A stretch of DNA of 64,000 nucleotides, taken from contig CAKKNE010000004.1 of NCBI GenBank assembly GCA_918797485.1, forward strand, positions 4,960,001-5,024,000, read 5' to 3'. Shown here in pieces: positions 35,067-45,537 of the stretch (its first letter is position 1; every line of letters begins with the position of its first letter). The notes under the pieces are model-generated. The model had not been told where the DNA came from, made no database searches, and was given only the letters and a program-made list of their open reading frames with translations. This DNA comes from Pelagomonas calceolata. Lineage: Eukaryota. The position numbers and the translations under genes were made by a program.

Positions 35067-35540
35067 CTGTCTGCAGTTCTATATGTGATCGATCCTGCGT
35101 CGTGTGTCACTTCTAGGTGGCGATCAAAAAGGATAGACACACTAGACCGTCCGGAGCTCTCGTAGTCGGTCGAGGAGAGGATCTTGCACGAGGGTGCTAC
35201 CCCCCACGCGGTCGCAACGCTACCCCCGGGGGTAGATGGCGAAGGTACCGGATGTTCGACGACGCCTGACGTCGTACGCAGGTCCAGGTCTGGTGTGCCC
35301 GAACGAACGACGCATTAGCTAAGTGCCTCTACCTATCGGACGCGAGGTAAACCGCCCCGAATTCCTTAATATAAAGATATATTGGGGGTGGCCGACAGGT
35401 ATTACATAAGTATACATACTTGCAATACAGCCGCCTATGATTAATTAAGCTAAGTTTTTGTTGATACCATCTGCACGCTTCGTTGGTAAGAAACTATGGT
35501 ACAAAACATAGAGTTAAACAACCGAAAAAAAAAAAAACAG

Positions 35541-36085
35541 GTTTACTCGGGCGCTCGATGCGACCGGGAGTCCTGCAACGGCATCGTCGACGTCACGATC
35601 GGCGGCGCGTCGTCTGGCACTATACGCTCGCACCCCGCCGGCGCGTCGTCTTACGCGCCCTACTCGCGGTGTGGCTGGCGCGTTGACCTAGGCGGCGTCG
35701 ACGACAACGTCGACGACCGCGACGACCAAAATCGCGTCGTGGTGCTGACGTTCGTAAGGGCGGGACCGAGCTGCCGCTCCTGGCGGGGTACTGTGTGGAA
35801 ATCAAAAATTTACGGAGCGTTCTGCCGCATGCTCGTCGAGAATGGACTTAGTGAAGATTGCACCCGACGCACTGTTTGATTTCCACACAGGCGGGGTACG
35901 CGCCGGGCACGAACGCGACGCACCACCTCGCGATCCAGAAGAAGGCCAATTCGAACCTCGCCGTCGCCTTCGGCCGCACGTCTTCCGCGTTGCTCGACTC
36001 GGCGAGGAGGCCGCGGCCGGACCCCGAGGACGGGTCGAACGGCTCGAGCCGCACGACGCCGACGCCCCGACAACTAGATCCCTGA
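35541..36085 (+). pseudogene. Gene fragment with a CUB-like exon and an introner; frames do not join cleanly
   Basis: Acceptor aaacag at 35540, then SGTIRSHP...YAPYSRCGWRV...VVLTF; the best downstream frame (PLLAGYAPG...) needs a frameshift; no clear start codon. Confidence 0.35.
35791..35890. mobile_element. Introner element (intron 35783-35890, GC-AG)
   Basis: Perfect TIRs; perfect TSD gcggggta. Confidence 0.92.
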
Positions 36086-36182
36086 TGTTCCCTTCCCCCC
36101 GTCATCCCTGATAGTCCTCCCCCGTCAACAACACCACGCACTCACGCGCCTGGCGCATTCTAATGAGCTCTTGTTTTGGTAC

Positions 36183-36203
36183 CTAGCGCCTCTAAGACAC
36201 TAG
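36183..36203 (+). promoter_or_regulatory. Recurrent intergenic motif
   Basis: ctagcgcctctaagacactag, ~160 bp upstream of ATG 36363. Confidence 0.5.
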
Positions 36204-36362
36204 CAAGCACCGGCTCTCCGACGACGTCTGAACCCACAACCTGTGCAAGGGCTGCCCAACACCCTTATATATTGCGACGGTGCCTCGTTGCAACACAACG
36301 CCTCGTTGCAACACAACGCCTCGTTGCAACACGAACGCCTCGTTGCTGATGAAAAACCTTCC

Positions 36363-37760
36363 ATGAAGCAGCCGCGGCGCCTCCTTCTCCTCGTGGCGGC
36401 GGCGGCCCGCGCCGTCACGGGGGCCGCCGCCGCCACGGACCCCCTCCTGGAGACGGCCATCGCCGGGGGGCAGGAATACGTAAACCTGGACATTCGATTC
36501 GGCCCGGACGTGTACCGCATCCCCGTCGGCGTCAACGCGACGTGCGAGGAGAAGCGCCGCCACCTGCAGGGCGTGATGCCCGAGGGGATGCTCGGCCAGG
36601 GCTGCACCAACCGGGCCTGCGCGGCCCTCGTCACGCTCGCGGAGCTGCTCCCGAGCTGCGCGGCCTACTGCGAGGCCGCCATGGGCGACGCGAAGCTCGA
36701 GCGGACGAGCACGGTCGAGCCCGGCGCCCTGTGGCGCGGGTCGCCGGGCGGCGCCGTGACGTCGCTCAAGGGCCAGCGCTTCGAGGCCGTGGCCCGGGCG
36801 TTCCTGGGGGCGCACGGCTACGCGAGCGCGGGCGGCGCCGCGGAGCCCCTCGCGAAGCTGTTCGAGGAGCAGAACCGCTTCGACCCGAAGTACGCCGACC
36901 TGGGGGAGGTCGTGCTCTACGAGCTCGCGCACGCCGAGGCGCGCGTCCGGCCGCCGACCGCCTGGTTCGACGACCTGCGCGCCGTGGGCTGGCACCGCAT
37001 GCCGGGCGCGGACCGGCTCTCGCTCTTCCCGGAGAGCCGCGTGGCGCAGGCCCGGCGGGCGCTCGAGGCCGTGACCGGGCACGTGCGCTTCAACTTCCTC
37101 GGCGGCCGCGGCACGGACGCGTCGACGCGGCTCGCGCGCGGCTGGGTCGAGCGCTTCGCGCTGGCGCACTTCCGGGCGGACGACGTGCTGGTGTTCACGG
37201 ACTCGTGGCAGGCGCACGCGCCGCTGGGGCCCTTCGACCGCACGCTCGACGCCGCCCAGCCCAAGTGGAACCCGAAGCTCGCGAACAACGTCAGCTTCAT
37301 CCGCGACGCCATGACGTCGCCGGCCCGCGACGAGTGGGTCGCGCACCTCATGTTCCTGGGCCGCGGCCGGCCGCCGCCGCCGAGCGCGTTCCGCGACGTC
37401 GCGGCGGACCAGCTCATGCGCGTGGACGCGAGCTACGTGGCCACGCTCTGCTCCTCGGGCGCGACGCTCGCGCCGGCGGGCGACAACGCGTGGTCGCGGC
37501 GCTTCTACGAGGCCATCCTCTGCTGCTCCGTCCCCGTCGTCCAGCGCTCCGAGCACGCCGGCCGGACGGACGCGGACCTGGAGCTGGGCTACCGGTACCA
37601 CGTCTACGACCCGGCGAAGCCGGCGTCGGCCTACGGCTACGAGCGCGACTGGGCGACGCGGAACTGGCACCTCTTCGCGAACCACTCGACCCTCCTCTCG
37701 CCCGCGAGCGTGGAGGGGTTCGAATGCCCCGAACGCACCTTCTCGAGCGTTCCTGTCTAA
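36363..37760 (+). CDS. Exostosin/GT47-like glycosyltransferase domain protein
   Basis: Signal peptide; YVATLCSSGATLAPAGDNAWSRRFYEAILCCSVPVV. Confidence 0.7.
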   Translation: MKQPRRLLLLVAAAARAVTGAAAATDPLLETAIAGGQEYVNLDIRFGPDVYRIPVGVNATCEEKRRHLQGVMPEGMLGQGCTNRACAALVTLAELLPSCAAYCEAAMGDAKLERTSTVEPGALWRGSPGGAVTSLKGQRFEAVARAFLGAHGYASAGGAAEPLAKLFEEQNRFDPKYADLGEVVLYELAHAEARVRPPTAWFDDLRAVGWHRMPGADRLSLFPESRVAQARRALEAVTGHVRFNFLGGRGTDASTRLARGWVERFALAHFRADDVLVFTDSWQAHAPLGPFDRTLDAAQPKWNPKLANNVSFIRDAMTSPARDEWVAHLMFLGRGRPPPPSAFRDVAADQLMRVDASYVATLCSSGATLAPAGDNAWSRRFYEAILCCSVPVVQRSEHAGRTDADLELGYRYHVYDPAKPASAYGYERDWATRNWHLFANHSTLLSPASVEGFECPERTFSSVPV

Positions 37761-37799
37761 GCGTCGTCGTGTTGTCCAGTAAAAGCACAACGTTTACTA

Positions 37800-38900
37800 C
37801 TACTTCACAATGGCCGCGCCGCCGCCGCGCCGCTCCGCCGCCCACGCGTCCAGCAGCGACGCGTCGTTCCTCGGCACGGTCTGCGCCTCGAGGCCCAGCG
37901 ACTCCACGACGTCCTCGGGCAGCGCGAAGACGGCGTCGATGCCCGGCCGGTCCCCGGGCAGCGCGCCCAGCAGCGAGAGCCCGCCGACGCCGAAGAACGT
38001 GTGGAAGACGTCGGGGCAGTTGCCCGGCCGGTCCGCGATGCCGCCGTCCGGCAGGTCCTGGCACTTGAGGATGAAGCTCCGGAGCCGCGCGCCGTCGATC
38101 CAGTGGTCCGCGCCGAGCATGCGCAGCACCGAGAGGATCCACCACGAGTAGCAGACGTCGGCCTGCTTCTCCGGCCGCCCGTTGAGCCCCCCGCTGTCGC
38201 ACTGGCGCTCCGCGAGCCACCAGCAGAGCAGCGGGCGGTCCACCAGGTCCAGGCGCCGCGCGATCGCCAGCGCGCCCACGCAGCAGAAGACCTGGCCCGC
38301 GTGCGACTCGGCGCCGGGCGCGCAGCCGTAGCCGCCGTCGAAGTTCCGGCACGCGTCGACGAACGCCGCCGCCCGCCCGACGTCGGCGTCGCCGAGCCGC
38401 CCGAGGAGCGCCAGCGCCGCCAGCGCGCAGTACGAGAAGCGCGTGTCGACCTCGCCCCAGCGGTCGCCGCAGAAGGAGCCGTCCGGCTGCTGGAGCGCGG
38501 CGACGTACGCCGCGGCCGCGGCGCGGTCGCACCGGTCCAGCGCGCCGAGCAGCGCCAGGACCTGCAGCGCCGACAGCGTGTAGAGCACGTGCGAGTCGTG
38601 CCCCCGCGCGCCGCCGAAGCCGCCGTCGGCGTTCTGGCAGCCCCGCGCCAGCTCGACCAGCGCCGGCCCGCCCAGCTCCGCCGCCGCGTCCCTCCCGAGG
38701 AGCCGCATCGCCGTCAGGCCCCAGTACACGCCGCTCACGCGCATGTACTCCGTCAGGGCGTACTCCAGGGCGCCCGCGTCCGCGGCCACCCGCTTGAGGT
38801 AGGCGGCGTGGCGTTCGGGCGCGAAGGGCGGCGGCGGCTGCGTCGGGTCGTTGAGCGTCGCGTAGGCGAGCGCCGCGGCGGCCTCGTCGACGGCGCTCAT
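37800..38900 (-). CDS. RABGGTB: Rab geranylgeranyltransferase type II beta subunit
   Basis: EYMRVSGVYWGLTA, HVLYTLSALQ, GDRWGEVDTRFSYCA, ESHAGQVFCCVGAL, GGLNGRPEKQADVCYSWW, PDVFHTFFG. Confidence 0.95.
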   Translation of the reverse strand: MSAVDEAAAALAYATLNDPTQPPPPFAPERHAAYLKRVAADAGALEYALTEYMRVSGVYWGLTAMRLLGRDAAAELGGPALVELARGCQNADGGFGGARGHDSHVLYTLSALQVLALLGALDRCDRAAAAAYVAALQQPDGSFCGDRWGEVDTRFSYCALAALALLGRLGDADVGRAAAFVDACRNFDGGYGCAPGAESHAGQVFCCVGALAIARRLDLVDRPLLCWWLAERQCDSGGLNGRPEKQADVCYSWWILSVLRMLGADHWIDGARLRSFILKCQDLPDGGIADRPGNCPDVFHTFFGVGGLSLLGALPGDRPGIDAVFALPEDVVESLGLEAQTVPRNDASLLDAWAAERRGGGAAIVK

Positions 38901-39155
38901 CGCTCCTGGCCCTGGCACGGTGGCGAGCCCAATCAGTGGCCGTGTACGCGACCTTGTCCGCAGACGCCTACGAGGCCCACGTCAGGCGACGCTCCAGTAC
39001 TGAGACGTCCACGAATCACGCGCACAACCTCCGTGTTTTAGCTGCTAGCGGCTGAGACACACTAGCAAGCGAAGTCAGTTGCAATGAGCCAGTTTGAGGA
39101 GATCATGTCCCCGGGTTGCAGCTTCCAGGGCTCCCGCGTTTGGGAAATGTTGCGC

Positions 39156-39178
39156 GCTAGCGCCTGTAAGGACACTAG
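39156..39178 (+). promoter_or_regulatory. Recurrent intergenic motif (second copy at 39044-39065)
   Basis: gctagcgcctgtaaggacactag, upstream of ATG 39366. Confidence 0.5.
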
Positions 39179-39365
39179 GCATCCCTAGCAAGCAAGCAGG
39201 AAACGAGGCTTTCCAGGTGCCCGGCTCCCCCAGTCATCTAGCACTGCTCGTGGAGGTTGACCACCGCATTTATATTTACGACCTGAATACCCGAGGTACT
39301 GTCGGTCAACAGGCAGGGCTGCCCAAATACATATTGCCCGACGTCGCGGCCTCGGCGCCAGGACC

Positions 39366-40262
39366 ATGGCCATCACCTGCTGCGGCCGCAAGGTCAAGTG
39401 CTACAGCCGGCGGATCTGCGGCGACTGGGAGCCGGAGTACCAGAACCTGCGGGACACGTCCGTCCTGCTCTTCGCGTCGGGCGTCCTCGGCCTGCTGTGC
39501 GCGACGTGCGCGATCGCGCTGTTCCCCTTCCAGCCGTCCGTCAACGCCGGGAGCCTGTGCATGTTCGGGAGCGCGCTGTCCTGCGTGACGGCGCTCGTCA
39601 CGCTGTGCTGCTGCCGCGGCACGCAGAGCGGCGCCTACCACGCGGCGCTCTTCTGCATGGTGATCCAGCTCCTCTGCACGGCGTCCCTCGTCTACGCCGG
39701 CGCCGGCACGTCGTTCGACTTCTGCGCGGAGACGGTGGACTGCTACGGGCTCCGCTTCGAGGGCTCCGACCGCGAAAGCTGCTGGACGTGCCTGCGCGAG
39801 CCGTGGGACGGGTGCGCCCTGCAGTTCTCCTGCGACGAGGACGAGGTCGTCCGGAAGTGCCGCGAGGGCGCCGGCGACCTCGGCGCCGTGGCGCTGCCCT
39901 ACCGCGAGAACTGCTGGGAGACGAAGGCGTTCCAGTGCTACGACCGGGCGGCCGGCACGCGGAACTACACGTCGCCCGAGGGGCGCCTGACGTACCAGCT
40001 GCTCGGCAAGCGCAACTGCGAGCCGCGCTACTCGCCGAACGGCAAGTGCGGCGACGGCGGCGAGGCGACGCCCCAGCCCTTCTGGGGCTTCGAGGACCGC
40101 GAGACCTGCTGGAAGTACTACAAGGGCAACGGCCCGAAGGGCCACCGGCGGAAGGCCATCTCGCCCAAGTCGTCGACGGGCTTCGTCGTCGTGGGCTCGC
40201 TGACGCAGATCCTGGCGTCGTTCTTCTTCATGTTCGTGGCGGGGGCAAGGCTAGAGATGTAA
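39366..40262 (+). CDS. Four-TM membrane protein with a large Cys-rich loop, function unknown
   Basis: Three hydrophobic helices, a Cys-rich loop and a C-terminal helix; strong GC3 bias. Confidence 0.7.
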   Translation: MAITCCGRKVKCYSRRICGDWEPEYQNLRDTSVLLFASGVLGLLCATCAIALFPFQPSVNAGSLCMFGSALSCVTALVTLCCCRGTQSGAYHAALFCMVIQLLCTASLVYAGAGTSFDFCAETVDCYGLRFEGSDRESCWTCLREPWDGCALQFSCDEDEVVRKCREGAGDLGAVALPYRENCWETKAFQCYDRAAGTRNYTSPEGRLTYQLLGKRNCEPRYSPNGKCGDGGEATPQPFWGFEDRETCWKYYKGNGPKGHRRKAISPKSSTGFVVVGSLTQILASFFFMFVAGARLEM

Positions 40263-40378
40263 CATCACTAAGACTGCCGTGGTTGACCACTCGTGTCGCG
40301 GCTACTTATACACGGGGTGCCCAGGCAAAAATCAAGGGGAAGGGGTCGATCGGTCGGCCGCGGCATATGGTTCATGGT

Positions 40379-40837
40379 TCACGGCGAAAGGGACCGGCCC
40401 GTCGGCCGCAGCCGGCGCCTCGTCGTCGAGAGTTCCAGCGGCAGCGACAGGCGCCGCCGGCCCGGCCGCGACGCGTCGGCGGCGCTCTTGCGCTGCTGCT
40501 GCCGCGGCGAGCCGCGGCGGCGGGACGACGCCCACATGAGCATCGCGTGGACGCCCGACAGCGGCGACGACCGGGGCCTGCGGCCCCGCGACCGCGCCCG
40601 CGACCGCTGCTCGTCGGCGACGTCGCGCTGGAGGCGCCGGAACCGCGCGGCGGCGGCGGCTTCGCTCGCGGCGGCCTCGCGGTTCGCCGCCTCGAGGCGC
40701 TCCTGCAGGCCGCGCGCCGCCATCGCGACGGCGAGCTGCCTCGCTTCGGCTCGGGACAACGCTTCCTCGAGGTGGAACGGGGCCGGCGGCGTCAGCAAGA
40801 CGCTGACGGGGCTCGAGCGCTGCTCCCACTGCATCAT
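40379..40837 (-). CDS. Hypothetical protein (coiled-coil, Arg-rich)
   Basis: 152-aa ATG-started ORF with coding-like composition; no recognised motif. Confidence 0.4.
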   Translation of the reverse strand: MMQWEQRSSPVSVLLTPPAPFHLEEALSRAEARQLAVAMAARGLQERLEAANREAAASEAAAAARFRRLQRDVADEQRSRARSRGRRPRSSPLSGVHAMLMWASSRRRGSPRQQQRKSAADASRPGRRRLSLPLELSTTRRRLRPTGRSLSP

Positions 40838-41354
40838 CCTGCGTTAATGATGCGACTGCGTTAATGATGCGAAGAACCAATTCAACTCAGTGGTGGCTGT
40901 TTTTTGGCAGCGCAAGGACGCAGCAACTCTTAGCTGTGCCCTGAAGAACCAATTCAACAGTGGCTTTGACAACAAGAGCAACTCTTTAGCTGGCGGTCCC
41001 CAAGAAAAGAGCACCACTCTCTACGCCCTCAGGCCCTAAAACGGCCTCAACCCGGTGCTTGTGCTGGGATTACCTCCTCCTAACAGAGCACAACAGCATC
41101 ATGCATCGAGAGCACACCTGCACCTGTGCAAAGGGCAAATGGTGGGAGCCCCGACAGATGGACAGGCACAGCTGCACGACCTCTGTTACTCGATCACCTG
41201 ATCAACGGACTGCTCGGAGGCATCGCCCCTCGGGCTAGTGTCTCTATCGTGTTAGCTCTCCTCTGGTCAAAAACACACGCGCCGCAGGTGCGAAAGGGGC
41301 ACCGTAACAAAGCGCGCGAGCCGGTTAGCAGTGCTGCTCTCAAAAAAAAAGAGG

Positions 41355-43137
41355 ATGGGCAAGAGTCAGCGCGCCAAGCCGCCGCGCGACGGCGACGACG
41401 CGGCGCGCGCGACGTCGACGCGGGCGGAGGACGCGTTCGAGCTCCTGGCCGACACGGTCGCCGCGGCCGTCGACGCCGTCGAGCTCGCGGCCCACGCGGG
41501 CGGCCTCTTTTTCGGCCTTGGCCTCGTCGCCGCGCACGCCGCGGCCCGCCGGGGCCTCTGGGCGGCGGCCTGCGCCTGGTGCGTCTGCAACTGGACCTTT
41601 TCTGGGCGGCGGCCCGCGCGGGCCGCGGCGGCGGCGGCGCTCGCCGCGGCCCTGAGCGTCGCCGAGAGCGACACAATAGTACTAGCGTCGCCCGCGGAGA
41701 CGGAGGTCGTCTGGCTCCTCCGGCACGCGCTGGCGCCGGCGGTCGTGGGCTGCGTCGGCGCGCACAGCGTCGTCGCGCTCGGGCGCGCGGCGGGCGTGGC
41801 CCTGGCGACCGGAGGCGCGCCGCCGCGCCCCGGCCGCGGCGGCCGCCGGCCGCCGCGGGCGCGCGCGGGCGCGCACCACGCGGTCGTGGCGGCGGCCTTC
41901 GCCTACGCGGCGGCCGTCTACGCGTGCCGCGCGACGCGCGCGCCCCAGGCCAAGGCCCTGCTCGGCCGCGGCTCGACCGCCGTCGCCGCGGCGTGCGCGT
42001 CGCTGGCCGCGGCCGTCGCGGGGCCGCCGCCCCTCGCGCTCGCGGCGGCGGGCGCGGCCGCGGCCGCCGGCGCGGCGCGGGGGGACTGCGCGTTCTGCCT
42101 CGCGTCGGACGCGGGGCCCTCGGTCGTCGCGGACCGTGTGGAAATCAAAGTTTTACGGCGCGTTCGTGCTGACTCGTCGCGTCGTCCTCCACGCCGTCGA
42201 CGCGGCGCCCGCTCGACGGCGCGGCGCCGCCGGTTCCTCGCCGCTCGACCGAGCCAGGGCGGCCGCGCCATCGCCGAGACATGACCTAGTGAAGAATTGT
42301 CGGGTGCACCCGACGCACCGGTTGACTTCCACACAGGTCGCGGAGCTCGACCCGGATCAGCTGGGCGGCGACGTCACGGAGGTCTTCCTGGCGTCGCTCA
42401 AGCTGCTGGGCGACAACGCGCAGCTCGACGGCGACCTGGGGTCGGCCTTCGACGCGGTCGCGCGCCGGCCGCCCGGCGGCGGCGGCGCGCGGACGGAGGA
42501 CGCCTGGCACCGGCGGAACGCGGCGGCGGACTGGGCCGGCGAGCGCGTGCCCCTCCAGCAGGATTTGATTCTCGAGCTGCGCCACACGAAGCTCGAGCTG
42601 CGGCACCACGCGACGCGCCTGGTCTGGGGCGCGGGCGCCGCGCCGCCGCGGCAGCCGGAGCGGGCCTGCGTGGACCTGGGGGGCGGGCGGAGGGCCTGCC
42701 CGGCGGGCGTCGGCACGGCCTGGAGGCTCCGGGGCCACTTCTCCTACGAGGCGCAGGCGCGCAAGGTCGCGCAGCGGCGCCTGAACGTGACCGACGGGCG
42801 GCGGAACGCGCTGCTGTACCCGCCGGGCGCGCACGCCGCCTGGCACGCCAACACGTTCGACAGCACCCCGGGGAACAACTGGCGCCTCTACCTCGCCATC
42901 ACCACGGGCAACGCCACGTTCCTCTTCAGCGACGAGAACGGCACGACCGTGCGGCTCCGCGAATCCGCACGGCCGGGCACGCCGTCCTTCGCCGCGCGCC
43001 TCTTCCGCGTGGGCCGCTGCGACCGGCGCTGGCACTCGATCGTCGTCGACTCGGGGCTGCGCTTCTCGTTCGGCTACATGCTGTCTGATAAGACGGCCGC
43101 GGGGCTCATCGCGCGCGCGGTCCGGACCTATAAGTGA
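41355..43137 (+). CDS. Membrane protein with a C-terminal 2OG-Fe(II) oxygenase/cupin-like domain; intron 42126-42336
   Basis: Hydrophobic N-half; LYPPGAHAAWHANT...WHSIV...RFSFGY. Confidence 0.6.
42134..42336. mobile_element. Full-length (203 bp) introner element, GT-AG
   Basis: TIRs ccgtgtggaaatcaa / ttgacttccacacag; perfect TSD gtcgcgga. Confidence 0.95.
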
Positions 43138-43485
43138 ATTCCTGTGTCTTCGTCTTTTCTCTTGGCCTTCCTTATAAATATTTTGAAAAAGAAACTGTAG
43201 AAGGCGATACAGTCCCGGGGTGCGGCTTCCCGTGGGCTAGCGGCCTGCAAGACTGCAGGACGGTGGCGGCGACGCCTTCCAGGGGGCTAGTGCTGCGGCG
43301 GCGCTAGAGGCTTTCGCGCTAGTCTTAGCGCTGCCTTTCCGGTACACCGCCGCCGTTCCCGATTTCGAGCACCGGGCAGCGCTGGGAAGGTCGGCACAGG
43401 CTTATAGCAGCCCTTTGCCCAGCTCGAGCACGAAGACCACCGTCGGGCACCTCTCGTCCTGGAAACCGGCGTGATTTATTCTATA

Positions 43486-44172
43486 TTATGCGGGGCGCTC
43501 GACGACGAGGATCGCCGGCCGCCCCTGCGGGTCCAGCCGATTGGAACCGACGGCTCCGAGGACCTCTTCGAAGTCCCGCGCGGGCTTGGCGTCGAGGTCC
43601 GCACCGAAGATGAAGCGGAACGTCTTCGGCCGCCCGATCCCGCCGCCGAGGAGTTGCCACGTCGGCATCTCCATCTGCTGGCGCACCGCGCTGGTGGCGC
43701 GCAGGATGTCGCCCGGGCGCAGACCCGCCGCCTCCGCGTTCGATCCCTCGCCGACGGCGCCGACGACGACGATCGGCCGACCGCCCGCGTCGTCGGACTC
43801 CTGCAGTATCACGCCGCACGGCACCTCGACTTCGAACTTTATTAGTTGGGCGGAGCCGTCCGAGCGCGGCTCGAAGAAGCACTCCGTGTCCTCGACGCTC
43901 CAGTCGGGTCGCGCGATGGGGAGCACGACCGAGAGCCCCGGTCGGGCCGCCGGCGCCTCGGTTGTTGCCTCGGTCGCCGGCGCGAAGTCTCGCTCCGCCT
44001 CGGCGGCCTCCCGTCGGAGCCGCGCAGCCTCTGCAAACAGCGACGCGGCGTCATCGCCGCCGGGTGCGGCGCGTACACTCGTTTTGTGTGCTGCATTAAT
44101 CCGTGGCTGGCGCAGCGCGCTCGTCGAGTGCGCTGCTCCGAGCAGCGCGAGCAGCCAAACGAGATCGTGCAT
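43486..44172 (-). CDS. PDZ-like domain protein, probably plastid-targeted
   Basis: Signal + transit-like N-terminus; PCGVILQE...VGEGSNAEAAGLRPGDILRATSA...ILVVERP. Confidence 0.7.
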   Translation of the reverse strand: MHDLVWLLALLGAAHSTSALRQPRINAAHKTSVRAAPGGDDAASLFAEAARLRREAAEAERDFAPATEATTEAPAARPGLSVVLPIARPDWSVEDTECFFEPRSDGSAQLIKFEVEVPCGVILQESDDAGGRPIVVVGAVGEGSNAEAAGLRPGDILRATSAVRQQMEMPTWQLLGGGIGRPKTFRFIFGADLDAKPARDFEEVLGAVGSNRLDPQGRPAILVVERPA

Positions 44173-44277
44173 GGAGTGCCCTGCACGATTGTAGGTATTA
44201 TTATAAATTAGTGATAAATCGTCTTACGACGTATATACCAGGCAGCGGCGCAGCGCATGCGCAAAGGCTTGCAATGC

Positions 44278-44299
44278 CTAGTGTCTTACGAACGCTAGC
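44278..44299 (-). promoter_or_regulatory. Recurrent intergenic motif
   Basis: Reverse complement gctagcgttcgtaagacactag, 106 bp upstream of the minus-strand ATG 44172. Confidence 0.55.
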
Positions 44300-44338
44300 A
44301 AGGCCTCATCGACTGATTCGGTCGAGGACGCGGCGGCC

Positions 44339-44649
44339 ATGATTCAGGCCCAGATCTACCGGGAGTGGGGCGTGGCGATTGTCAAGGGTCGGGCCGACTG
44401 TCTACTGGCTTTGTTGGAGTGTACGGTGCCGAACGCGTCGCCGCGGTCCAAGGTCGCCTGCGGGAAGTCGCGGGACAAGTTGATTGAACGGGCGAACGTT
44501 GCACATTGTTCGGGGGGGGTTGCCGAGGCGGTTCTGCTTAGAAGGAGGTACGCTGTTATGAAAGAAGCCCCGCGCCCGCCGCCGATGAATCGGCGATGCG
44601 CGGTGTCTCCCCCCCCAGGGGCTCCGCCCACTAGTTCTAGCACCGTAAC
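44339..44649 (+). mobile_element. 5'-truncated retroelement-like repeat (possible non-LTR 3' end), longest copy
   Basis: Shares >100 bp with 49152-49285 and 26696-26812, ending ...ctagcaccgtaac; remnant peptide YREWGVAIVKGRADCLL resembles the C-terminus of RLE non-LTR ORFs. Confidence 0.55.
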
Positions 44650-44746
44650 ATCGACTACCGTAGCACCGCATGGCGATGAAAGGTCATACTACTACGCCCT
44701 CTCATCGCGCGGAGAGAGGACGGCGTGCGAGCGGGCGACGGGGGAT

Positions 44747-45004
44747 CTACTGGTGCCGGAGGGCGCCCTCCTGGAATTCCGGGACATCGCATTCGTCGGT
44801 GGCGAGGCAGTCGAGCGCCGTCGCCCGGTTCATGTGGCTATCTTCCATGCAGAACGCGCCGTCGGCGTCGAAGACGATGGTGCATTCGTCGACCGCGGAC
44901 CGAGGGACGAACCGGCTCACGGGGTCGTGGCTCGCGCGGTAGCCGGCGGGCCCGAAGGCGGCGGCCGTGTGTGTGGCGGCGAGCAGCGCGAGGACGAGCT
45001 TCAT
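44747..45004 (-). CDS. Small plastid-targeted Cys-containing protein (CP12-like?)
   Basis: Signal peptide with an ASAFAP-type cleavage site (AAA-FGP); four Cys; C-terminal CLATDECDV. Confidence 0.55.
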   Translation of the reverse strand: MKLVLALLAATHTAAAFGPAGYRASHDPVSRFVPRSAVDECTIVFDADGAFCMEDSHMNRATALDCLATDECDVPEFQEGALRHQ

Positions 45005-45027
45005 GGGAAACGGGCCTGCGCGGGAGA

Positions 45028-45123
45028 CAAGGGATCGGCCCCGAACGCCCGATGCCGTCCGTCGCGTGCAGCCAACAAGGGATCGGCCCCGAACGCCCGA
45101 TGCCGTCCGTCGCGTGCAGCCAA
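45028..45123. repeat. 48-bp tandem duplication
   Basis: caagggatcggccccgaacgcccgatgccgtccgtcgcgtgcagccaa x2. Confidence 0.9.
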
Positions 45124-45537
45124 TGTCAACAGCACGTTGGGCTCCTGCCCTCGGCGTCCGACGACGGCCGGGGCTGCGCGCGGGGCGACGGCTGCGACGA
45201 TTTTTTTGTCTCTCGGTTTCCTGCGCGCATGCGCGGTCTCTGAACGCACCTGATCGGAAACGCCGGGTAATTCTGGCTCGGTGTCAAGCTTCGCGCGAGC
45301 GGGGGGGGGGGGACCAGCGCAAGCCGATGAGAGTTCTGGGGTTGCTGGCGACGGCTGGAGACAAAAACACAGAGTCGTTAGAATCTGGCGTCGGCATAAG
45401 AGGTACTAAGGTACTATACTTTGCGCCTGCACAAGAGGTACTATACTTTGCGCCTGCCGCCTCCTGGGGTCGGCATAATAAAAATAGCCGTTCGCTGCTG
45501 TTATGGGTCATTGACGCGCGTTTGGTGCCGCTGAACC

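Noticed and set aside
35190..35240. Short palindrome ctacccccgggggtag
   Set aside because: Single short occurrence in GC-rich DNA with no supporting context
44339..45253. 304-aa plus-strand ORF
   Set aside because: Chimera of the repeat remnant, the antisense of the small plastid gene and a tandem duplication
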